The notes below the pieces were generated by a model that saw nothing but the letters and a program-made list of their open reading frames with translations, searched no databases and had not been told where the DNA came from. The translations under genes and the position numbers were made by a program. Of a stretch of DNA of 64,000 nucleotides, positions 47,146 through 55,757 are shown piece by piece. Origin of the DNA: a virus; IMG/VR virus record IMGVR_UViG_3300010354_000064, positions 1 through 64,000 of that record; one strand, given 5' to 3'. How positions within the stretch are numbered: position 1 is the first letter of the stretch; every line of letters begins with the position of its first letter.

Positions 47146-48390
47146 TTACTCCGCGCCCGCGTCGGCATCCTCCACGACCTCTTCGGTGGGCGAGTCGGGG
47201 GAGTCGTCGAACTCCTGCCCCATGTCCGACAGGAGGCTATCCTCCTCGCCGATGTCCTCGTCCTTGACGACCGTGCTAGCAGCGCCGAGGGCAGCCGTCA
47301 CCTTACCACAGACCTCGGTGTAGAGCTTGGTGTTCTCCATGAGGAGCGCACGGAACTTGTCGCGGCCCTGGGTCCGGTGCTCGCCGTAGGCGTAGTAGGC
47401 ACCCTCCTTCTTGACGATGCCCTGCGCGATACCCGTCTCGATGATGCTGAAGTAGTTGTCGAGCCCGTACCCGTACCGGATGAAGAAGTCGCCGCTCGAC
47501 CCCTGGGTGCCGTCGAGCTTGTTCTTCACGACCTTCACCTGGGTCTTGTTGCCATACGGGAACTTCTTGGTCTTGCCCGACATCGGGTCTTTCTTCTCGA
47601 TGATTTCCGAGCCCGTTCGGATGAACCGCAGACGGAGGCTCGCGTAGAACTTGACGGCCTTGCCGCCCGCCGTGTTGGTATCGGGTCCATGCCCACCCGT
47701 CGCGATGACGGCGCGCTCCTGGTTCAGGAGGATGAGCGCCGTACCGAGCTTCGTGGGGTCCATCTTCTTCGTCTCCCCAGAGCCGGTCTTCGGGCAGGTG
47801 GCAAGCCACCCGCAAATCTTGGGGAGCGTCTCGGCCATCTTCTTCGCCACCGCGCCGACCTTGGCGGTGTCGTCGAGCTTCTTCTCCAGTTCGTCCTTCG
47901 GCACCATCGCGGCCACCGAGTCCACGATGATGAGGTCAACCCCGGTGTTGATGCCGACCCAAATCATCTTCAGGCCCTCCTCCATCGTGTCGGGTGCGAA
48001 CACCATGAAGGAGTCGTCGTACTTGACGCCGATGCTCTGGGCATAGCCGTGGTGAATGGCGTGCTCGAAGTCCAGGAACATGACGGTGCCCCCAGCCTTC
48101 TGGACCTGCACAGCAGCCGAGAGCGCCACCGTCGTCTTACCGGAGGACTCCGGCCCGAAGATTTCGGTGACCTTGCGGCGCGGATAGCCGGGGCACGTCA
48201 GGCCCTTGCCATCCTTCGCGAGGCTGCCACCGATGAGCCCGTTGATGATGATGCTGCCTGAATCGACGTGAGGGAGCGTCGAGAACGACGCCTCGACGGG
48301 CTTCTGCCCGGTCGCCTTGAGGATGAGAGCCCTCGCGGCGGTAAGAGCGTTCGGTGCGTTGTCAGATTTCTTGGCTTTGGCTGCACTCAT
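47146..48390 (-). CDS. recA: RecA recombinase
   Basis: EIFGPESSGKTT, FLDFEHA, IVDSVAAMVPK.E, LNQ.R, GGKAVKFYASLR, KVVKNK. Confidence 0.95.
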   Translation of the reverse strand: MSAAKAKKSDNAPNALTAARALILKATGQKPVEASFSTLPHVDSGSIIINGLIGGSLAKDGKGLTCPGYPRRKVTEIFGPESSGKTTVALSAAVQVQKAGGTVMFLDFEHAIHHGYAQSIGVKYDDSFMVFAPDTMEEGLKMIWVGINTGVDLIIVDSVAAMVPKDELEKKLDDTAKVGAVAKKMAETLPKICGWLATCPKTGSGETKKMDPTKLGTALILLNQERAVIATGGHGPDTNTAGGKAVKFYASLRLRFIRTGSEIIEKKDPMSGKTKKFPYGNKTQVKVVKNKLDGTQGSSGDFFIRYGYGLDNYFSIIETGIAQGIVKKEGAYYAYGEHRTQGRDKFRALLMENTKLYTEVCGKVTAALGAASTVVKDEDIGEEDSLLSDMGQEFDDSPDSPTEEVVEDADAGAE

Positions 48391-49034
48391 TTGGGAATCT
48401 CCGAGAAGCGAAAGAACCGTTGACCTTCCTTGAAGGCCGCGCCCATCTGGACCGTCTCGCCCTTCTTCTTACCCCGCGTGAACGTGTGGACGCGGGCGAA
48501 AGAGCGGTGCTCGGCAGGGGTGAGGTCGGCTTCGAGGATGTCGCCTCGCACGAACCCAAAGAAACGAGCGGCGAAGCGGGCGAGGTGATAGGCGTCGGCC
48601 TCGTTGTGGTTGAACTTGCCCTTGATGCCGGTGTCGGCCTTGGCAGCTTCAACCATGTCGGCCTTGAACATCTTGCCGGTGCGAACGGACGGGTCTTCCT
48701 TCGCGAGCATCTTGAGGGTGCCGGGGTCGAAGTACACCACGTCCCTGCGGCGGACGTAGATGGCCTCGTTCACCATCATGAAGAGGGCGTAGAGCCCTTC
48801 GCTGTACTGCTCGCCGAAAGGCGGTGACTCGACGCCCACCGCTGCGATGGCAGGGTGTTCGTCGAGCACGCGACCCACAGACTCGCGAAGCTCGATGTAC
48901 CGCTGAACGAAAATCGCCTTGGAGGAGGTCGAGAACCTACCCCTCGCGACGACGCGCGCGGCACCAGAAGCGTCGGAGTCGTGGACGCACCATCCGAAGC
49001 CCGTCAGAGACGGGTCGAGGCCAAGTGTGAGCAT
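48387..49034 (-). CDS. RuvC-like Holliday junction resolvase
   Basis: LGLDPSLTGFGW, VGVE, P.TLK, K.DM, NEADAY. Confidence 0.85.
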   Translation of the reverse strand: MLTLGLDPSLTGFGWCVHDSDASGAARVVARGRFSTSSKAIFVQRYIELRESVGRVLDEHPAIAAVGVESPPFGEQYSEGLYALFMMVNEAIYVRRRDVVYFDPGTLKMLAKEDPSVRTGKMFKADMVEAAKADTGIKGKFNHNEADAYHLARFAARFFGFVRGDILEADLTPAEHRSFARVHTFTRGKKKGETVQMGAAFKEGQRFFRFSEIPK

Positions 49035-49094
49035 GGCGATAGATACACCGAAGGCCGAGCCGGGCTTTCACCCAACTCGGCCCCCAGTCGCCGG

Positions 49095-49967
49095 TCACAC
49101 GCCGTCGAGAACGTCCGCGAAGTCACCCGCCGAAGCGGCCGACACGTCGCTGACCGCCGAACCACCGAGGCCGAGCTTCGCACGAAGCTGGTCGGTCGTC
49201 ATCTCGCGGAAGGGAACGAGCTTCTCGAACATCGGAATCGCCCTGGCGAGCACGACGTTGCGGAACTTCTCGGACTTCTGCCAGAGAGCAGGACCGACGA
49301 AGCTGACCGCGATGTTCTGGTACTGGGCGTCCTTGCACTCCAGCTTGATGTCCTGCGAGTGCAGACCCATGCCGTTGTCCTTCAGCCCCGCATTGAGCTT
49401 CCAGAGGTCTTCGTAGACCCGCTTGCCGAAGCGCCAGGGGATGAGGTTCCAGTCGGTGAGGAGACGGTCCTTGTCGATGTTCCCGGCGCGGTCGGTCGGG
49501 TACGTCAGGAGCAGCGTCGTGTGGTACTGCTTCGGCTCCGCGATTTTGTTCCAGACCGCATCGGCGTCGGGGCCGTCCTTGCCCTTGCGGTTGATGACGA
49601 AGCCGAGCCCCTGCTGGTAGCTCGCCATCATGCGCTTGAACTTCGCCTCGGAGAGGTCGAGTCGGTCCACCTGCGTCAGAGCGTCCACGCTCTTGCCGAG
49701 CGATTGAGCGCGCTCCTCCAGGGCCTTCTGGGCCACCGCACGGAGGTCCGCAGCAGAGGGCGTCTCACCCCGACGACGAGCCTCAGCACGGAGGCGGGCC
49801 ACGGCGTTGAGGTCGATGGGGTGGAAGTAGACGAGGGCGGCGCGGATGTTCTGCCCCTTGGTCATCTTCAACCAGTTCTCGCGGTCGTTGTAGACCTTCG
49901 AGTCCTCGTCGAGGCCCACGTCCTCGTCGAGGTTGTAGTCGGGGTCGAACGGATTGTGGCTTGCCAT
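49095..49967 (-). CDS. Probable single-stranded DNA-binding protein (gp32-like)
   Basis: Next to recA/ruvC, high codon bias, acidic tail GDFADVLDGV. Confidence 0.55.
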   Translation of the reverse strand: MASHNPFDPDYNLDEDVGLDEDSKVYNDRENWLKMTKGQNIRAALVYFHPIDLNAVARLRAEARRRGETPSAADLRAVAQKALEERAQSLGKSVDALTQVDRLDLSEAKFKRMMASYQQGLGFVINRKGKDGPDADAVWNKIAEPKQYHTTLLLTYPTDRAGNIDKDRLLTDWNLIPWRFGKRVYEDLWKLNAGLKDNGMGLHSQDIKLECKDAQYQNIAVSFVGPALWQKSEKFRNVVLARAIPMFEKLVPFREMTTDQLRAKLGLGGSAVSDVSAASAGDFADVLDGV

Positions 49968-50139
49968 GTTCTTGCTCTCTTTCTTTGGGGCTGCCCCACG
50001 CACAGTTGCCGGTCAGGCGGGTGGTGAGGACAAGCCAGTTGGTTGAAACGAGCGGCCCCCTTGGCCGGTTCCGGCGGGCGCTGGGGGAGAAGGCCCATCA
50101 GATTTGCCTTCGGGGCCGCTCAACTCCTATCATACACCG
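49968..50139 (-). promoter_or_regulatory. Class II promoter (CGGTGTATGAT) and structured 5' leader of the SSB-like gene
   Basis: 10-bp stem 50112-50121/50050-50059 enclosing two hairpins. Confidence 0.55.
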
Positions 50140-50146
50140 GCCGAGG

Positions 50147-50926
50147 TCAGATATTCGCGAAGACTTCTGCGAAATCGTCATCGAGCGAGGTCGATTTTTC
50201 GGCGTCATCATCCGTGTCGCCCAGGAACGCTGCGATGGCCTGGGCGGCCGGGTCCGCCGGGGCAGACGGCTGAGGTACGGGGGCTTCTTCGACGGAAGCC
50301 GCCACGGGGGGCGGAGCCGCAGGCGTGGCGGGAGGCAGGCTGACCGGGGGCGTCGGAGTGCCTGCCATGAGCCGCTCCAGTTCCTCCTCGGTCATGTCAT
50401 CCCCGAACGCCGGAGCCACGGGACGACGCTCGTGCGGGGAAGCACGCTCGTCGCCGTACATGGCCCCGGTGTCGATTTCGTCGCGAATCAGACTCCGCTG
50501 GAGCTTGATTTCCGACATCGTTGCGGTCAGTTCCTTGTGCCGGTGCCTGACAGCCTTATCGACGAACTCCAAGTCTTGCAGGGCGGCCTTCAGCGACTCG
50601 ATAACTTGCCGCTCGTCCCGCAGAAACACACCGACCGTGGCCTTGCGGTCCTCGATGCTGGGTAGCCGCCGAACACGGTCGTCGTTCGCGAGCAGGTCGT
50701 CGAAGCTCAACTGGTAGGCCGCTTCTCGTGCGCGGAGGTCGCGGGAGAGCACCTGCTTCTCCCGATGCACCTCTAGCTGGACGCGGCTGACGGCGTTCAG
50801 GTAGTTGCGCGTCTTCGCGATGAGGTCGTTCAGGTAGAGCGGCCCGAGCGAGCGCGGGTCGGGGTGAAGCTGTACGAGGTACTGCTCCAGTTCGGCGTAG
50901 ACTTCCTTGATGCGGTCGAGCTTCAC
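50147..50926 (-). CDS. Coiled-coil protein, possible UvsY-like recombination mediator
   Basis: Helical body, Pro-rich linker, acidic tail DDDFAEVFANI; adjacent to the SSB-like gene. Confidence 0.5.
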   Translation of the reverse strand: MKLDRIKEVYAELEQYLVQLHPDPRSLGPLYLNDLIAKTRNYLNAVSRVQLEVHREKQVLSRDLRAREAAYQLSFDDLLANDDRVRRLPSIEDRKATVGVFLRDERQVIESLKAALQDLEFVDKAVRHRHKELTATMSEIKLQRSLIRDEIDTGAMYGDERASPHERRPVAPAFGDDMTEEELERLMAGTPTPPVSLPPATPAAPPPVAASVEEAPVPQPSAPADPAAQAIAAFLGDTDDDAEKSTSLDDDFAEVFANI

Positions 50927-51348
50927 TTGTCGTCCTCGATGACGTTGAGGAGCTTCGCGATGCCGTTGTCGTAGCGCGTCAGCACAGCCCGAAGCTCCTC
51001 CTGCGCCGACGAGGCTGCCATCATACCCCGCTTCACGGCGTCGTCGTAGGTCGCCGTGACGACGTGCTTGCCGAGCAGGAGCCGAGCGAGCTTCGCGTCG
51101 TCCGGGCTGAACCCGGAGGGCTCGTGGTGGTCGTTCGAGAGTTGGTTCACCTCGGCCCCCGTACCACGGGATGCGGTGACGCTGTAGAACGCGCTCGTCT
51201 TGCGGCCGTCTCGGTTGCGCTCCTCGATGGAGTGCGAGACGGTGATTTTGTCGATGAGGAGCGCGCCGCTGACCGACTTCAGTCGGGCCTTCTGCTTCTC
51301 AGTCAGGTTCGACAGCGGGCCTTCGGGCTTCTTCTCGGGGGTGGTCAT
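50923..51348 (-). CDS. Hypothetical protein
   Basis: Coupled ORF; class II motif just upstream. Confidence 0.7.
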   Translation of the reverse strand: MTTPEKKPEGPLSNLTEKQKARLKSVSGALLIDKITVSHSIEERNRDGRKTSAFYSVTASRGTGAEVNQLSNDHHEPSGFSPDDAKLARLLLGKHVVTATYDDAVKRGMMAASSAQEELRAVLTRYDNGIAKLLNVIEDDK

Positions 51349-53563
51349 GCCCCTCTCTTACACCGGAGAGCGAGACAACCGCCTCGGAAACAGCGCGGCC
51401 GAACGCCGTGTTCCTCAGCACCACCTTGTCGTTGCCGATGGCCTTGTAGACCGAGAAGGGGTCGCCGAGAACCCAGCACTTCTTCTTCGCGCGCGTGACC
51501 GCCGTGTAGAAGAGGTTGCGCTGAAGCATCCTCCCATGCCCCTTGACGATGGGGAGGAGCACGTTGTCGAACTCGCTCCCCTGCGACTTGTGGACGGTGA
51601 TGGCGTAGGCGAGCCGAAGAAGCTCAGGGGCGTCGGCCTTCGGGATGGCGACCAGGGTATCGACCGCGCCCGGCCCGATGCCGTGGATGCGGACCATGAG
51701 GTTCTCGCGCTGAATCTCGACGAGCTTACCCATGTCGCCGTTGTAGATGCCGAGCTTGTAGTTGTTCTTGATGACCATGAGCCGGTCACCCACTCGGCTG
51801 TGGAAGTACCCGGCCTTCCACTCGGGTTGCCCCGTGCTGGGGTTCAGCGCCTCGCGCAGCCGGTCGTTCAGGTTGTTGACCCCGACGTAGCCGTCGTACT
51901 TGGGGGTAAGCACCTGGAAGTTCGCGTCGCGCGCCTTGAGCTTCAGGGCCATCTTGACGATGAGTTCGGAGATTTGCTCCTCGTCCGTCAGGTGAACGAA
52001 CTGGAACTCGCTCTCGGGCGGGCGCTTCTCCAGCGAGAGCGTCTCCCCTCGGTTGATGGTGTGGCTTGCGACGACGATTTCGCTCGTATGCTGCTGCCGG
52101 AAGATTTGGGTGAGCCGCACGTTGGGGACGTGCTCGGAGGCGAGAAGCTCACGGAGGACGTTGCCCGGCCCGACGCTTGGAAGCTGGGCGTCGTCGCCGA
52201 CGAGCACGAGGATGGTATCCGGGTGGAGGGCGTCGAGGACGCGGAAGAATAGCTCTTGGTCCACCATCGACATCTCATCGACGATGACCGCATCCGTCTG
52301 GAACTTGTTAGCCCCGTGGTACTGCCAGCCGTCCCCGTCGTAACCGAACGCACGATGGATGGTGTACGCCTCGGTGCCCGTGACGCCAGCGAGTCGCTTG
52401 GCCGCGATGCCCGTGGGAGCCATGAGCGTGTGGGTCAGCTTCTTCTCACGGAAGAGGCGGACGAACGCGCGGACGAGGGTCGTCTTGCCGGTGCCGGGAA
52501 GGCCGGTGAGGACGAGCACTCGGTTCTCGATGAGCTTCTGGATGCCGTCCTTCTGGGCCGGAGAGAGAACGATGGGGTTGACCCGCTCGTACTCGGCCAC
52601 GAAGGCGGCGAGGTCTACGTCGAGCTTCGAGGCGGTGATGAACTTCGCCAGCATGGCGGCGCTCTCACGCTCATGCTTCCAATGGACGGGGAGGTAGACC
52701 CCCGCCGACTTGTCGAGGTAAGCGTCCTTGCGTTCGACGAGCCGGTCCACGGCGGCGAGAAGCGCGCGTGAGAGGTCGGGCACGTCGAACGCCTCCATGA
52801 ACTCTCTCTGCATGAGGTCGTCCACGAGGGCGGGGAGGTCGCCGCGCCGGATGTAGAGGTGCCCGTTCTGGGCCTCCTGCCGGAGCAGGTAGAGGACGGC
52901 CCCCTCGATGCGCTCGGGCGCGTCTCGACCGAAGCCCTGCTTGAAGGCGAGCTTGTCGGCGAGCGCGAACCCGAAACCATTGACCGAAACGAGCCGGTAG
53001 GGGTTCTCGGTGATGACCCGGATGGCGTTCGAGTCGAACGTCGCGTAGACCGCCCGGATGGTGTTGGCATCGACCTGGAACTCGGTCAGAAAGACCGAGA
53101 GGTCGGCGAGGCTACGCGCGCGAGCCCACGCCATGATGGCCCGGTCGAGCCTATCTCTCGCCGGGTCGTCCGGGGAGAAGAGAGCCTGCACCTCGGCGGG
53201 CCGCTCCGAGAGAACCGCGAAGACTTCCGTCCCGTAGGTCTGAACGAGCTTGTCCACGACCACAGGGTCGGTGAAGTCCGAGACGCACTCGGAAAGGAAC
53301 CGCTCGATGTCGCGCGGCGTGCGAGCGTACGGGTGCCAGGTATGGGGGATGAACTGCTTGCCGAACTTCGGGTGTGCGCCCCATTGACCGCTGAACGCAA
53401 CCGTCACCCCCACGGTGACCTGAAGCAAACCGAACAGCGGCCCGGCGACCGTGACGACCTTCTCTTCGACGGAGGGTTGGGCCTCGTCAAGCGCAACCGT
53501 GAAGACGCAGAAGTCGTCTCCCTTGTGCCTGACGGCGATGACTCGGCCTCGGATGATTGCCAC
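51299..53563 (-). CDS. recD2: RecD2-type SF1B helicase
   Basis: HPKFGKQF, NPYRL..GFGF..AD, GLPGTGKTT, APTG.AAKRL, VDEMSMVD, VGD..QLPSVGPG, YAITVHKSQGSEF, YTAVTRAK. Confidence 0.95.
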   Translation of the reverse strand: MAIIRGRVIAVRHKGDDFCVFTVALDEAQPSVEEKVVTVAGPLFGLLQVTVGVTVAFSGQWGAHPKFGKQFIPHTWHPYARTPRDIERFLSECVSDFTDPVVVDKLVQTYGTEVFAVLSERPAEVQALFSPDDPARDRLDRAIMAWARARSLADLSVFLTEFQVDANTIRAVYATFDSNAIRVITENPYRLVSVNGFGFALADKLAFKQGFGRDAPERIEGAVLYLLRQEAQNGHLYIRRGDLPALVDDLMQREFMEAFDVPDLSRALLAAVDRLVERKDAYLDKSAGVYLPVHWKHERESAAMLAKFITASKLDVDLAAFVAEYERVNPIVLSPAQKDGIQKLIENRVLVLTGLPGTGKTTLVRAFVRLFREKKLTHTLMAPTGIAAKRLAGVTGTEAYTIHRAFGYDGDGWQYHGANKFQTDAVIVDEMSMVDQELFFRVLDALHPDTILVLVGDDAQLPSVGPGNVLRELLASEHVPNVRLTQIFRQQHTSEIVVASHTINRGETLSLEKRPPESEFQFVHLTDEEQISELIVKMALKLKARDANFQVLTPKYDGYVGVNNLNDRLREALNPSTGQPEWKAGYFHSRVGDRLMVIKNNYKLGIYNGDMGKLVEIQRENLMVRIHGIGPGAVDTLVAIPKADAPELLRLAYAITVHKSQGSEFDNVLLPIVKGHGRMLQRNLFYTAVTRAKKKCWVLGDPFSVYKAIGNDKVVLRNTAFGRAVSEAVVSLSGVREGHDHPREEARRPAVEPD

Positions 53564-53564
53564 G

Positions 53565-55481
53565 CTATGCCTTTGCGAGTTCGATGAACTGCTCCTCGGA
53601 GAGGAGCTTGGTGCCGTGCTTACGCGCTGCCTGCGCTTTCGTCGAGGACGAGTTGGGGTCAGCGATGACGAGATAGGTGAGCCCCTTCGCGACGCTCGCC
53701 TTCACGACTCCTCCCTGCTGCACGACGAGCCCTTCGAGGTCGGCACGCTTGCGTTGCATCGAGCCCGTGAAGCAGAACGACTGCCCGGTGAGCCTCCCTT
53801 GTACCCGAGCCTTGATGTGAACTCCAGCAGCGAGAAGGTCCGCGACGACGTTCTCACCAGCCCCATGCAGCCAGGTGTGGAGAGCCTCGGCCTTTACGGG
53901 GCCGAGCCCTGCGATGGAACGGAGGGTGATGAGGTCCACAGCGCGGAGCTTCTCCCAGGTGTCGTGCCCGGCGTCCGTGACCATCTGGATGGTCTGGGTC
54001 GCACAGAGGGGAATCGACAGCGCGCCGAGCAGGACTTCAAGGGGCTGCTCACTCTTCTCTCGGAGGAGTACCAGGAGCTTGTCGGCCCCGTGCTCCGTGA
54101 TGCGCTCGACCTCGGCGAGCGAGGGGATGGTGAGCCGGAAGAGGTCGGCGGGGCTCTTGACCTTGCCTGACTCGACAAGGCGCTCGATGAGCGTCTCGCC
54201 CCACTCCTTCACGTCGAGGGCGGCGATGAACCGCTTGATGCGACCGACAAGTTGCGCGGGACACTCCGCCGTGTTGGGGCACACGAGGTACTCCCCGTCC
54301 TGGGCGACCTTGTGCTGACAGGAGGGGCAGAAGAGGGGGCATTTCACAGGCTGGTTGGACCTCGCGACGAGCGCGGTGACGCGAGGGATGACATCGTTGG
54401 CCCGAGCCACGAGGATGCGTGCGCCCGGTGAGAGCCCGAGGTCGGTGACGTACTTGAAGTTGTAGAGGCTTGCCTGCATGACCTTCGCGCCCACGAGTTC
54501 CACGGGGTCGAAGGTGCCGACAGGCGTGAGGCGGCCCGTGCCGCCCACCTGCCAGTCAATCTGCCGAAGGGTCGTCTCCTGCGCCTGCGACGGAAACTTG
54601 AAAGCCACGGCAGCGCGAGGGCGACCGTCCTTGTCGCCGAACGACCGCTGCCGAGCGATACCGTTGACCCGAACGACGAGCCCGTCGATGTCGTAGTCGA
54701 GCGCGTCCCGGTGGCCCTGCTGGTAGTGGAGCCAAACCTCGATGGGGTTGACCACGACGCACCAATCGGGGAGCATGAACCCCTGCTGGCCGAGCCATTG
54801 AAGCTGCTCGTCCTCGGCCTGGAAGTCCCGCCCCTCGACGACTTGATAGGGGATGACTGTCAGGTGCTCGCACCCCTTGCCGTCGAGCCTTTTGCTGATG
54901 CCCGAGGCTGCGTTGCGGGGGTTCGCGTAGTCGGGGAAGTGTGCCCGGTGGGCTGACTTGAGCAGGACGATTTCGCCGCGAATCGACCCCGTGAAGCCCT
55001 CGACCTCGGGCTGGACGTTGTTCATGCGGAGGACGTTCCGGGTGATGTCCTCGCCCGTGATGCCGTCGCCGCGCGTGATAGCCTGGACGAGCTTGCCCGC
55101 CTCGTACCGCAGATGGATGCTGATGCCGTCGAGCTTCTCGGTCACGAAGAGGGGCGGGATGCCGCGCGTCGGGGGCAGCGTGTTGTAGGTGCGCGCCCAC
55201 TCGCGAAGCTCCTCGGGGGTGTTCACCTTGTCGAGGCTGCCCATGACGAATCCGTGCCGAGCTTTCTTCCACTCGGAAGTGTCGGGCACGGGTGCGCCGA
55301 TAGCCGTGACGGCAGGCGACGCTGGGCGGAGAGCGCGTAGCTCATCTACCCAGGCGTCGTACTGCTCATCGCTAACGGTCGGGGTACCGTTGTAGTAGGC
55401 GTCCCGAGCAGCCTGGACTTTCGCTTCCAGAGAGGCAACGGGAGCCGCGTCGGCTTCTTCGAGGAGGGCCATGAGGTCCAT
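53565..55481 (-). CDS. ligA: NAD-dependent DNA ligase
   Basis: EKLDG, TRGDG..GEDIT, RGE, NPRNAASG, DGLVV, Zn finger, C-terminal BRCT. Confidence 0.96.
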   Translation of the reverse strand: MDLMALLEEADAAPVASLEAKVQAARDAYYNGTPTVSDEQYDAWVDELRALRPASPAVTAIGAPVPDTSEWKKARHGFVMGSLDKVNTPEELREWARTYNTLPPTRGIPPLFVTEKLDGISIHLRYEAGKLVQAITRGDGITGEDITRNVLRMNNVQPEVEGFTGSIRGEIVLLKSAHRAHFPDYANPRNAASGISKRLDGKGCEHLTVIPYQVVEGRDFQAEDEQLQWLGQQGFMLPDWCVVVNPIEVWLHYQQGHRDALDYDIDGLVVRVNGIARQRSFGDKDGRPRAAVAFKFPSQAQETTLRQIDWQVGGTGRLTPVGTFDPVELVGAKVMQASLYNFKYVTDLGLSPGARILVARANDVIPRVTALVARSNQPVKCPLFCPSCQHKVAQDGEYLVCPNTAECPAQLVGRIKRFIAALDVKEWGETLIERLVESGKVKSPADLFRLTIPSLAEVERITEHGADKLLVLLREKSEQPLEVLLGALSIPLCATQTIQMVTDAGHDTWEKLRAVDLITLRSIAGLGPVKAEALHTWLHGAGENVVADLLAAGVHIKARVQGRLTGQSFCFTGSMQRKRADLEGLVVQQGGVVKASVAKGLTYLVIADPNSSSTKAQAARKHGTKLLSEEQFIELAKA

Positions 55482-55507
55482 GACCCTCCTCTACACCGAA
55501 CGTCCCG

Positions 55508-55756
55508 CTAGTTGCGGGACTTTGCGTCGGGTACGTCTTCCATCTTCAACTCCCCCGCCTCGACCATCTCGGCGAGCCGATTGATGGTCGAGAACGGGGC
55601 GACGACGAACCGGACCTCTTCACCCTTGTAGCGTTCGAGCACCGCCTGAACGTCCACGTAGTTGAAGCCCCCCTCGGGCCGCTCGCACCGAAGCACGAGG
55701 CGGCCCGTCATGGGGTCAAGTTCGACGATGCCTTCCGCGACGAGTCCGAGGTCCAT
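55508..55756 (-). CDS. Hypothetical protein
   Basis: Start MDLGLV immediately after the RNR stop. Confidence 0.6.
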   Translation of the reverse strand: MDLGLVAEGIVELDPMTGRLVLRCERPEGGFNYVDVQAVLERYKGEEVRFVVAPFSTINRLAEMVEAGELKMEDVPDAKSRN

Positions 55757-55757
55757 G

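Noticed and set aside
9353-50003. Long N-terminal extensions in the ORF track (9353..10786, 15698..17515, 39991..40923, 40734..41636, 44052..45035, 49095..50003)
   Set aside because: Most overlap neighbouring genes; downstream starts with an RBS or stop-start coupling fit better.
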